Below are positions 1 to 11,866 of a DNA stretch of 64,000 nucleotides, piece by piece. The DNA comes from Phoronis australis. Its lineage: Eukaryota > Animalia > Phoronida. The position numbers were made by a program, and so were the translations under genes. The notes below the pieces were generated by a model. That model was not told where the DNA came from and did not search any database. It was given only the letters and a program-made list of their open reading frames with translations. Location: NCBI GenBank assembly GCA_002633005.1, contig NMRA01000120.1, positions 62,001 through 126,000 of the forward strand, written 5' to 3'. Position 1 is the stretch's first letter, and each line of letters begins with the position of its first letter.

Positions 1-1300
1 CCTTCTCAGCATTTGGATGCCCAAGTAAAGTAAGCGAATAAGCTTGGTGTCACTTTAAACTTGTTTACAGCAACCTGGGAGCTTATTCAGCCTGTCCAGA
101 ATAAAACTTTAGCCAGAGATATGAGGTAAGAAATAACAAACTTTGTTGCAGACCTATGTCTGCACAGTAACATATCACAGTAAAACAGTAATTCGACCTG
201 GGGTCATAAAAACACACTAATACATCATTGGTCACAGGGTGCTCTGAGAAAGTGGTAAACCCATTTTAGACGTCCTATTTTCGAAAACCTGGATGGACTC
301 CTGGTTGGGAGACAGAAATGAACACCAGAGAAGACTGGTCAAAGTATGCTGGCCAATACTAGTGACAATCACTAACTGCCTCAACACTCAAGATGTTCAA
401 GGCATGAAAGGTAGTGTGCACACAGATATGCACACAGTTCCATCGATTAGTTTCCTAATACATGTTCACCATGGCAGGTTAAGAGAATCAGGGCACTGAA
501 CATGTATGAGAGAGCCTTGTGACCAGGTAACATATATTAAACAGGTGCTCATCAAGAATGAATAGTTTGAAGCGTCTAGGTAAACACCGTGTTGCAAGCT
601 GTTCTGTGTGCTGTCAATCACCGTCAATATCACTGTTGACCCCATGTTTCCTATCCAATGTACTCTACTGTAGTCTAAAACATTTGGGAAATTTGCACTT
701 TTGCACAGGGACTATAGGCAATTAGCGTAGCTTAATGCCAACATGCTTCTGAGAAACAAAAACACAATACAAGGAGTGACATATGTCCATTACATAAAAG
801 GTGGTCATATTCTGGAATTCATACATATCTGTTGACAGGATCCTGATCTTCCAAACTATATTGTTCACAAACGCTGGGCTAATGCAATCAATTTTTGAAA
901 TTCATGCACTTGTGATGATGTGACTGGAAGTTCCATAACAGTGATTCTGTAGACAAATACAATGCTTACTTGTTAACTATAAAATGGTGCAAACCAACAC
1001 AAAGCACGATGAGCGACCGTTGACTGAACTGTCTAATTAGAAACTACAGCAAGGCAGAAGTTTTCCTTTACAACCACTCGTCGTATACACGGCATCACAA
1101 AGAAATGTGATAATCTGTGCTGTTGAACAAGTGTAAATGTGTTGATCATCTTCGGTTTCAAACAGTTGTGCCTAAGACACATAACTGTCATGAAACAAGA
1201 TGTTCAACAGTAAAATAACATCAGTTTCAGACAAAAACAAAATTAATGCTAAAATCGGACTTTCTTCAGGGTTGAGAATGCTCAAAATTTCTGAAAAACA

Positions 1301-1992
1301 TTTATTTATTATTATTATTTATTTTATTATTGTGATATTTAAAATGAGGGTGGCCTCTTCAGTGATAGCACTGCTTTCCAAGAGGGCCCTCAACAAGAAA
1401 AACAGTAATATAATACAATGAAGTAATAAAACAACAATGAAATATACGTAACAAAGATACAATTAAAACAGGTTGAGAATTAAGACAATAACTAAATGAC
1501 AAATAATGGTAAAAATTTAACTAAGACAGATGAAATAAATTAAGAGATGATTCTAGACAGTGAGAGTATTTACGACAATGAAAAAAATGACATGATTAAG
1601 ACAGGCAGGGTATAAAAGGTCAAGTAAATTACAGCCACTTTTTAATATTTACTTTAAAGGTAGTAATTGAATTGGACCGTTTAATTTCTGGGCTAAAAGA
1701 ATTCCATATTATAGCAGCTGCATAGATAAAAGATCTCTTGCCCGTCTCGGTTTTAATTTTTTTAGAATAAACATTGCCAGCAACAGAAGAACGTGCAGAA
1801 TATACAGCCTGGCTGCTATTGAATTTACTGCTGAGATATGCTGGAGCCAAGCCATTGATACATCTGTACATACAACAGGCAGAGAGATATTTATTTCTTT
1901 GTCTTATTTTCATAAATCCCAGCTTGGAATACAAGTCATCAACCCTAGTGTCCCTAATTTTAGTACCCAGGATAGCCCTGGTGGCTCTATTG
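1301..1992 (-). mobile_element. 5'-truncated LINE (CR1/L2/Crack-like) ORF2 C-terminus with 3' UTR and AATAA-type tail
   Basis: Minus frame reads NRATRAILGTKIRDTRVDDLYSKLGF...MYRCINGLAPAYLS...GKRSFIYAAAIIWNSF...FKVNIKKWL* (stop at 1629), typical of the post-RT end of CR1-group ORF2. It is followed by a 3' UTR and an (AAT/AAATA)n tail at about 1301-1330. Confidence 0.85.
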
Positions 1993-2281
1993 CCTGACCA
2001 AAGCTATGGCACAGGTATTAAAAATGATAAAGCATCAATTCGGTGCCATTTTTCACTTAAAAAAGTTCAGTTGCCCGTCAAAATGTCACCAAATTGAATG
2101 TGCGTGCCTTAAAAATGGGTGAACAAATTGATACCGCAGAGCCAGTGAATTCCAGGTCAAATTCTGTTCAGCTGTTCAGTTGTGCTATGTCAGTTTGTGC
2201 TGTGTCAGTTTGCCCTGTGACAGAGGTGTCATGTGAACGGCACAACACTCAACCTTGTGCCCAGTGACAGTGTGAACTTAC

Positions 2282-2468
2282 GAGTGTTCAAGTCATCCGA
2301 CGTCACCACCACGTCGTTCCTATTGGCATCTTGTTTCAGGAAGTTCTTGTGTTCTCGCTCCTGGCCCTGGAAGATGTCTGGACTCGCCGTACCCGCAGAG
2401 CTGGCGCTGGTGCCATCGCCTCCATTGTGGGGGATCGGTCCACCCTGCTCCTCATACAGCGCTATAAT
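2282..2468 (-). CDS. PARD3: Partitioning defective 3 (Par-3/Bazooka), coding exon 3; gene continues beyond the left edge
   Basis: cag|IIALYEEQGGPIPHNGGDGTSASSAGTASPDIFQ...VVVTSDDLNT|gtaagt. GGDGTSASS.GT.SP.IF is the conserved Par-3 motif after the N-terminal domain. 187 nt, phase 0 to 1. Confidence 0.93.
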
Positions 2469-4834
2469 CTGTAAGCAGGCGAATACTGGATAAGTATGGT
2501 TTATCGTGTCAAACAAGATTAAAACAGAGTAACATTTGGCGAAATCGACTATTACCCTCTTCACATCAAAGTGGTTATAATTGATTTAAATGTATAACTG
2601 TCAGTCTGAACCAGATTTAAAAATAGAGTGTGACAGGGGCTTAGCGAGAGGTTACAACCACTGTAACTCTCAGTGTGAACACAGAAATTGCAAGTTATAA
2701 CTCAATAAGTGGTGCTGTTGTCAAATCTTGTTGGAAATAATGGTGCACCAAGGCACCAACTGGGTCAAATCAGAAAGTAACTGGGTGGAGTCATTTTTAG
2801 GTGGTCTGAACCCACATGCAAGAAACTGGTTCCTAAAGCTGCATTTTGCTTTGTTTAGTTGACTAGAAAAACAAAAATCACTCACACAAAATCAGTCTCA
2901 TAATATTCCGTAATATGATAAGATTCCATTTTCCTTCCTAACAAGAACATCAAAACTATAGACGTGAGAAAATGCTTCTGAATTTATTAGATTTGGCCAA
3001 CCCTAAAATTGCAAATTCGAAAAATGGTGCATCAATGCACTACCTGTGTCTTGAGTTCATAAAGGAAACAGAATCCTAAGATGGGATTGCTTTTAAGAGT
3101 GTAAAATGTCTAATGCCATTATCAGTCAACTTTCTGGTTTACTGGCACCATGTGAATGTCCCTTGCCAAAAACCACAACAATGTTCAAGTTCATCATGCC
3201 TACACAGACCTGTTGACCATAAAAACACCATTCCACCACAACAGTCCTTGACACATACAACATGTTCTTGCATAATGACATTCACAGGTCCCATCTCCTC
3301 ATACCCACACTCCTGCTATTACAAGACCATCAAACGGGCGCCAAGCCAAATGATCCACCACTTGGTTTAACAACAACCAGAGATACAAACCTTGCCACCA
3401 TGGATGTACACAAATCCAAACTTGACACTTTTTTGTTTGGTACCATTTTTCATATTGAACCAGATCGCCAACCGAAAGCGCCAAGAGAAGTGCAAACTAA
3501 GGCAACAGCCCGAAAACCCCAGCAACAAACGCCATGTTGCATACCTTCCGCTGAAAACAACTATGAGCTAAATGGTCTTGTATCTGCATACTCAAGTTAC
3601 AGTGATTTATGCTCTCTCAAGCATTAGGTTAGACCAAGGAAAAGACTAAATAAAAAATAGCCAGCTGTCAAACAACCCCATGGCACATTCCTAGACATAG
3701 GTGGAGGGGAACAAAGATACAAGCAGAATCTGTGGGGGGAAATCAACAAGACAGGTCAACCTGATGACAGAGAAGTGTGCATTGGTTTCTCATGAGTGGT
3801 CTCTAATGTCAGGGTTTCACTGGACAGCAGTATCCAGTTAACCCTTCTGAATAAACACACACAGTAATAGGATAAGGTCATTAACAGATAGGCAAGACCC
3901 AGTCAGCCTTGTTGATCAAGGGGAACAGAGATCACTGCAGTCTAGAGAACCAGTTTTCTCCAAAGAATAATGGGCAACAAACTGGTTCTCAAAATCCGCG
4001 GGGGGGGGCATTGTGATTGACTGTAGCTGGTCAAGACATACCTACTGGAGCAAGATAGGGATGCAAATAAAACCATTTTACAAGGTATTGTCAAATGTTG
4101 ATTACTAATTGTAAAAAATGCTTAAAATTTCACTGCATGTAATGGCAATTTCAAATATTAATTGTTCTGAAATGATGTAAAAATTTACATTTTACATATT
4201 TTTGCAGAGAAATTTGTTAAAAAATTTTTTTTCTGTTGTGACATTTTGAATACTAAATTAAAGTCCTACAGCATCAACGGGTTACAGGCTATTGCCAAAA
4301 CATAAAAGTTTTGCCATGTGCCTGTTCATTAAAATATTTTGACATATTTATCTTTTCTTTCTTTTTCGACGCTGATGCCAAGACGTCATTTATCGTAACT
4401 TAAGGATTCCAACATGGTAAAATACTGTCATTTTCACACAAAAACGATTGTCAAGAGGGTCATTTACAATTTTCTCAAGGTTGATTACGTTGCTAGAAAT
4501 CACAGAATTTGTTGTTTTATTACATCTGCACGGCACAGAACTACCCTAATTATAATCTAAAAATTTCTTTGCTCATAAAATAAAATAATACTAAAAGTTC
4601 TCTTTTTCGTCGTAATGAGAGCTAACGCAACTATAATATCCAAGACATTTAATTCAAAATCAGCACAGTCCTCCACAGTGGCCTAGTTTCTTGACCTTGC
4701 TTGGTGGTAGTAAGGCAAGCAGACCCAGGTTGTTATTTTACAAAACACTGCCTCACAGCATAAAATAGCATTGGAGATTAAGAAGTCTCCAGCATCGTGT
4801 ACCCTCACGTACATACCCGGGAAATAAATACATA

Positions 4835-5070
4835 CAGTACATGGCAATAGTATACAGCCAAAATGACCTGTAGTTCTCCATCACGAGGACTGTGCGGTGT
4901 ACCTTCCCTCATGACCAAGAATGAAGGATAATTGACAGGAAAATTAAAAAAGTGTTTATGCGATTCTGTAATTTTGCCACTACAATAATCAAGTCATCTT
5001 TGTTGGTAACATGATTAGCCCTTATGATGGAGAAACTGGTGTTTAGTCCGATTACTTTTGTCCTATAATG
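4835..5070. mobile_element. Degenerate MITE (Tc1/mariner-type, TA flanks), same family as 6726-7002
   Basis: Shares internal blocks with 6726-7002 (cttccctcat; aatt.acaggaaa; gattacttttgtc) and is flanked by TA on both sides. Confidence 0.55.
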
Positions 5071-5289
5071 TAATAGCAAGAGCAAGTACAGGCCACCTCA
5101 ACTACATAGCTGTACTCCAAAGTTATAAGTTTCACAAAATGTTATCACAAGTGTGAGATAACTGTTCCACTTCAAACAAGACATGTGGAAAATCTCACGA
5201 ACTTTGTAAGCTTTACCAAAATTATCCAAGTTTCTTCACTTTTCAAAGACTTCTAACGTTATTCGGGACAGCTGAAAATTTTACTATTT

Positions 5290-5540
5290 TGTACAAGGTC
5301 GGAGCTTGTCTCAAATTTTAGAAATAGGTTATGTTGAATGTCCCAAATTCAAGAACCGCTGAAGAGGGCAAAATTACCTACCCTGTAGATTGAAAACATA
5401 TTGCCCGAAGTTTGAGAAATATAGTGAACGCCAAAATTGCCCTTGTCCCAAATTACAGAATCTAGAAAATTCAGTTTTTGCTGAGTTTCCATGTCCCAAA
5501 TTCTAGAGACTGTCCCAAATTGGAGAATTTTTTACCATGT
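5290..5540. repeat. Copy of the tgtcccaaatt-rich MITE family (see 38850-39099)
   Basis: 5440-5540 is an inverted match to 38850-38950 and contains repeated tgtcccaaatt motifs. The left boundary is approximate. Confidence 0.6.
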
Positions 5541-6725
5541 GGTAGGTCTTCCCTAAAGATAAGTCAAATTTGTCTCTCAGCAATGTCAATTAAACCTCAG
5601 AAAGCCACCTCCATCCAAATAACACTTCTAAGTGGCTTGGACTGTTCTCCACTATCAACAGAAGATATAACAAAGCCTTTCCACCCAATTACCTCCAATC
5701 ACAAGGCATTAGCTAAACCCAGTTTACAAACATTTGGTCTGTATACAAAAATAACAAGGAACTGTATAGGGAGAAGTGGAATGCCAGGGGGGCACAGCAT
5801 AAAAAAATAATAATTTGGTAAGCATGTTAAGAAGAGACTGAAGTGTTCGAGCGCATTACAACAATTTTTGAAGGTTAATGAAATCCAAGTCTTGATCCAT
5901 CCCGGCATATAAATTGTGGAGTTAATCGAATCATTTCAACTAAAAATGTCCTAGATTCCTGTAAAAGGGAAGATGGCAACTGCGTCCGGGCACGAGATCT
6001 AGCATTGTGCGACCCATTAGGCAGAGAAGAGCTCACAATAAAGATAAAATGACAGAAAAACTGGTGAGTAAGGAATGATACAAGTACACAGAAGACTTAG
6101 GGAACCTAGTTGAGTCTCTATATGGGACTGTTTCATGTAATCCGGCACAGACACCTTTGTTTACAGGGGATTCCACAGCAGCTGCCTTCAAAAACAGAAA
6201 ACAAGAGGCAAGACAATATGCAAAACGATCTACACCATCAGCAACACATCTCCAACACACTACAGCAAAGTCCTTCATACTCACCGACACAATCATCCTC
6301 TCTATTTCAGATTCATTTACCAGTGTGAATATGTGGTTGTCAGTTGAGTTTGTACAAAGACAACAACACACCTAATGAATCACAATGTGCACAGAATGCC
6401 AAAACTGTTGGAGCCAGCTTGCCAGAAACAAACATAAAATTGGATACAAATAAAATGTCACAGCCTGTTTGTGGTAGTTAGGAACTATTTAAATGTCATA
6501 CAAAATGCCACTTGATAAGCTGCATGTAACACAAACCTGGCTTCTGCAGTATACACCTGTGAAATTGACAATTTTTCTCGCTTCACCTATTGCCTCAAAG
6601 GAAAGACAGGTGTAACCTGTTTTAATTCTCCACAACACAGTATAAACAGTTGCCAGACCAAAATAAACCACATGAGCAGTAGTCATCAGAAAGGAATCAC
6701 CAGACCCAAAGGCCTGACTACAACA

Positions 6726-7002
6726 CAGTACAAGACAAAAGTAATCAGACAAAATGACTCAGAATTCCCAGCACTACAGCTTGGTGGAAGCTGAATTCCG
6801 AATTCCCTGTCAAAGTAGACTTCCCTCATCACCGAGAGTGAAGAGAAATTAACAGGAAAGTTAGTAAGGTGGCTAAACCATTTTGTATTTAGAACTTTGC
6901 TGCCCGAATAGTTATCAACAGTCATTTTTGCCGTTATCAGATTTACCGTAGCCGTCATGATGAGAAATCAGTATTTTGTCGGATTACTTTTGTCTTGTAC
7001 TG
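6726..7002. mobile_element. MITE with about 29-bp TIRs (Tc1/mariner-like CAGT start)
   Basis: Left cagtacaagacaaaagtaatcagacaaaa; right ttttgtcggattacttttgtcttgtactg. 2-bp flanks ca/ca. Confidence 0.8.
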
Positions 7003-7499
7003 CACTTAGGAATGACATTATTGCCTATTAGAATACAATTCGCCTACACCTGAACAACTGCAATTGACAACTCTGGACAAATCTGGAACAATCCTTTCAG
7101 TATGGAAATATCAACTGTTACAGTTAGGAACCTCTCTTACTGGTTCCTAGGTTACAGTAACAAAGGCCAAATGCTCACAAACTCACTGAATAAAAGAATG
7201 AAATTTTGTACTTTCTTTTACGAGCATTTCCATGATTTTAGGCACAGTGAAATTACAATTTTCTTAATGCCCAAATAGGCACTGGAAATTAAAGTCTTAA
7301 CAAGAAACATATTACACCTGACAATTATTTGCGAAAATTGCTGTTCAGTTGGAATCGCCAATTCTGCAGAAAATGTCCAGTCCACTAAAAGGACATGATG
7401 TTACAATGCACACTACATCAAAACCAGAACTGTTGATAACACAACCCACATCAAGATGAGTAGGTCATGTAAACTGACAGTTTGTAACTTGAAAGCTAC

Positions 7500-7604
7500 C
7501 TGTTCCCTGTCATCAGCGACATCACTCAATAAGTCATCGTGGTCCAGAATTCCACCATCACTTGAGCTCTTCAAACTGTGAACGTTCACATAGAAATCAT
7601 TAGG
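7500..7604 (-). CDS. PARD3: Par-3 coding exon 2 (second half of the N-terminal PB1-like oligomerisation domain)
   Basis: tttcag|PNDFYVNVHSLKSSSDGGILDHDDLLSDVADDREQ|gtagct. DGGILD.DD.L.DVADD is a Par-3 hallmark. 105 nt, phase 0/0. Confidence 0.95.
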
Positions 7605-8768
7605 CTGAAATAAAAAATACAAATCAACTTAATTTTAACGAAACTCATAACTTATCTAAAGCCACTAATAAACCCATGTTCTTTCACGTTAAGTGATGTC
7701 CACATTACGAATTACCCTCAGTTACGAGTTGTTGCTAGATTTCGCAGCAGTGGGGATCTTGTTTGCACTGTGAGAGGTATGGGACTTCATCTATGGTAAA
7801 TTATCCCAGCATAGGTCATAATGTGAATGCAAGTGCCAGCACCACAAATCAATTACCTGCTGTGCACTTGGCTAGAGGCAGGAAACCTGCAATCAGTGCA
7901 ATGACCATTACCAAGAAAAAAGTCCAGAACACTAGGACAAAACCAGTAGAATATCTATTGGAAAAATCGGGTGAATCTAACTTGGTAATTTTGTGAGGAA
8001 ATATCTAATCAAGAAATGAAACTGGAGATTTTTCTCTTTAGTTTTATTTACAACTTATGAAACTGCATCCAAGATGATGCACGCATAAACTCAATACGGT
8101 GTGCATCTTCTTTACTTGCGTCGACTGGCACAAAATTGCAGACTCGAGCAGTTTCTAGGCTTGGAAACACCTGACCGACACTTCCTTAAAACTCAAGACC
8201 AAGCACGGAGCATAAAATGTCTAACACCATGACAAGCCAACCTGTTAACCCTGTTCCCAAGTAATCACTAGCAACATTTACACGTGAAAAAATTTTCCAT
8301 TATTTTTACACTAACTTTTAAACGGTAAACTGTGACTATTTACATGATGATTTTGTCCACTATTTTACAACACACCCTTTTTAGCAAGTAAAGGGGTTTT
8401 GTTGCTCTCGTTTGACTAGAGATTAAGAAGCGATGTCATGAGGTGTCATGCATTTGGTAAGCCCCTTCTGGAATCTGCAGGTCGCCAAGTATTTTATTGC
8501 AGCTGCCACATTTTACTCTTGCATTTACCGACTAAACTTAGTGAATTTTACTCTAGGCATTTTCCGTGTAAAATCCACTATCTTAAACGGGTAATGAAAC
8601 AATGATTTAAGTTGAGATTTTACTGGGTATGATGAAATGACAATTGAAATGGCAACCCAAATGATGATTACAAAACAATATCCATGCAAACAGGCCTACT
8701 ATCAGTTCTGTTAGAGCCCAGAAATCAGTTCTGTTTTGAGTGAAGAACAAGATGGTACCAACTTCTTA

Positions 8769-9284
8769 AGGCCCTTTCATATTGACTTAAGTCCGGTCTG
8801 AGCGGAGCGTCGACGTAAACAGCGCAGTTAACTGGACCATTCATAATGGCTTCAGTAGTTAATGAACATCGAAGTAAGCGGTTGGCGCCGCTGTCGTCAT
8901 CGAAGTTATCACAAAGTAGCGTTGCACGCTAAGATTTTTTTTCAATGTTTCAATATGGAAACATTTACATGTGCTAAGTGACAACAAAATTATCTTTAAA
9001 TCGATTGGTTATTATTAGAGCAAAATATAAGCAGTTATTAGGGACGGCACTACCCTGTAACTGTTGACGATAACAGTGACATTGTGGCACCTGGCGATAA
9101 CTTCGATTGGACTGAAGTTAAGTGTTCATACTGCACCGCCGCGTCGACGCTGCGGTCTTAAATCCACCTGTTAACTGCGACGTTAACTGGAGCTGTTAAC
9201 CGCGATCCAGGACCGGAGTTAAGCGTTCATACTGACCGCAACTCCCCAAGCCATCGACACGTCGACGTTAGTATGAAAGGCCCT
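8769..9284. mobile_element. PIF/Harbinger-like MITE, copy 1
   Basis: TIRs aggccctttcata.t.ac / gttagtatgaaaggccct, 3-bp TSD TTA, internal gttcatactg repeats. Homologous to 52406-52809 and 59700-59833. Confidence 0.8.
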
Positions 9285-10834
9285 TTAAAGGGACATTACC
9301 ATGTTTACAGCCGAAAACACATTTTTGATATTGTTGGATAGGATAAACTTCTTTTGAGTTATTATCTTTGACCAGAGCTCTACAACAACAAAATCTGTTG
9401 TTTTCGTCATTTTATTAAAAATTCTCGCACCTGCCCGTCAGCCATTCACTGAAATCAAGGCGGATGTCTTTACCACATAAATACACTGAAGTACTCTGCC
9501 ATTTAGCACATGGGATTGAAAAATACAAGGGATTATTCAACCAGTGACCTGTATTGAGGTGTTACCGTACTTGTTTCTTATCAAAAGTACGGTATGCTGA
9601 GGGCATGCTATTGAACACAACTCATAACTTTAAGCATGTTAGCATGAGTAGGCACACCTAAAGTATATTGTTGGACATTTTAGCCAAGAACTATAGATAA
9701 GACCAATGTTGAAAAGTCAAAGGTTATCGCTGCATGTCTAGCCATTTTTTCACACACTTTTCATCTCCAACAGTGAAGAAAGGTTGATGTGGCACATTGC
9801 TTTGACAGACAAATCATTGCTCTACTCATAATCTATTACTTTGTAAAGGAACTTTTAAAAATTCATCAGTCATTTTGTTGATTTTTCAATGGTCAACTGT
9901 AAAAAAATCTGATTTTCGCCACCTGCTGTTTTTAAACAGTTATGCAAATAAATTTGAATGTTCCTCCAAGTTTATTCCCATTGAGAAATTTAACAAAATT
10001 TTCCAGCATATTCACTACCTGCACACTTTGGGGGTTCTTCAAAAAATGATTGTTGTTCATTGCTGTTTAGGACACATTACATAGTTTAGCATCAACTTTG
10101 ACAACGCAGATGTGAAAGGGCGCACCTTCCAAACATGTAGAACCATTGTAGTTAGGCCACAACACCTCTGTCCTTGAAGCATAATGGCACACTTGTGGAA
10201 GTAACGAATAGTGTGTTCAATAGGAGAAGAATTAACTAACGTAAACTGACAGTATCAGCGTTGTTTAGAGTCTCTTGTTTTCAACACAAAACGTCACATT
10301 CCTGTTCCCTTCATGTGTTCCAATAACGACTCCCGACAAACATTAGACTAATTGCTAATTCTCTGTATCCAACGCCAGATGACTTAATTGAATAAGTTCA
10401 AGATTTACGCGTTCCCAGTTCCCACTAACCAAAACTCTTCAAAACAGTTGTGATGTTCATGGAAAAGCATTTGACAACAACGCCAAAAAAGAATGTGACC
10501 TTGTTCGGTTTTATCTTCACAGAATGAACATATCATAAACTGAATACTAAATGGCATGTTATCCATATTAATAAAATCTTGGGATGAATAATATCTAGCT
10601 CCACTGATTGACAATCATCACTTCACATGTCATTCAAGCCCAATACACCTGAAAGTTATCTCTCAATATTTCTAAGCAGTAAGAATGCCAGGTATTTAAA
10701 CAATGACATACAACTGAATCAGATATACAATAAACAAGTCTATAATAACCATTCATTCTCCATAGCTGCAGCCTCAAACTTTGATGAAATGATAAAGAAA
10801 TTTACACCCTACTCCAATGTACATAGCTCTGGTA

Positions 10835-11170
10835 AAACCAGCTATCCCCAGTTGTAACCTTTCTATAGTTGTCTGTTCTGTTACGGAATTTTTAGGTTGC
10901 ACTACCAGTTAAAACTCGTAACCCTGGTTTGGGGTTTTAGTCACCAGTGGTCAGTGCTATCGCTTGGGGATTCACCCCAGTTAGTTCATCGGTGCGCTAT
11001 TGTTTCCAAAGAGAGTTGACAACAGCACCATCAACTTTTATAACTGCCATATTCACACCCAGTTACAATTATTATAACCTCTTTCTAAACCAATGGGGAG
11101 ACATATACAACTTTTAAAACTGGTTTTAAAGTGCTCAGACCAAGAGTTATGACCTATAAATTGGTGTTAA
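10835..11170. repeat. Interspersed repeat also present (inverted) at about 52110-52860 and partly at about 2570-2730
   Basis: gtaaccctggtt...ttttagtc.ccagt.gtcagtgctatc matches the reverse complement of 52315-52365, and ttgacaacagcacc is shared. Boundaries are approximate. Confidence 0.55.
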
Positions 11171-11632
11171 AAGTTTTAACTGCTTTGGTGCGGTATAAAA
11201 ATTGTCTAAAGAAGGCGCACAAAAACGTTAATCTAAGGAAAGCGAAAATGGGTCACTACTGAGGAAAACAAAAATCTGAAATGCTTACACATTTGACATG
11301 AAACCAAACTTCCAGCTCTCTACTTATTTTGAACAAAATAAATATATTTTCCTGATAGTTGGGTTGTGCCATATAAACCAAATATGCAGACTTCGTAGTT
11401 GATGGGTGAGCAAAATTAACTGAGTGACCAAGCATCACCAACTCCCCAGTGGGAAGTTAACAAAATACGATCCAAAGGCCAGACTAATGACTCAGTAGTC
11501 GAACCAAAAACTCAACTCAACTAAACTCGGTGGCCCGGGATCTCCACTAGGTTTTTAGATTCCGACACATAGTTCAAGCGATACAGTCATGCATTGTTTC
11601 AACACCTTGATCAAATGTTATTTTTAACAAAA

Positions 11633-11866
11633 GACAAGTCGGTCTACATCACAGACACATGTTCATCAATAAACACAATAACAACTATCACACGTTTTGC
11701 TCGAGACCCATAGGACTGTCAATAAAAAGTAACGATAACAGCAAGATGGTCGAGATCACAGACATCTGATCATCAATAACCACCTATCAGATGTTTTGCT
11801 TAAGACCCATAGAGCGTCAATAAAAAGTAACGACAATGGCAAGTTAGTCTGGTCCACATCACAGAA
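11633..11866. repeat. Diverged tandem duplication, unit about 105-115 bp, about 2.2 copies
   Basis: atcacagac...tcatcaataa...gttttgct..agacccatag...gtcaataaaaagtaacga occurs twice in tandem. Confidence 0.8.

Noticed and set aside
3113-6375. Overlapping 60-120 aa ORFs in PARD3 intron 2
   Set aside because: No recognisable homology or compatible splice sites, and some overlap MITEs.
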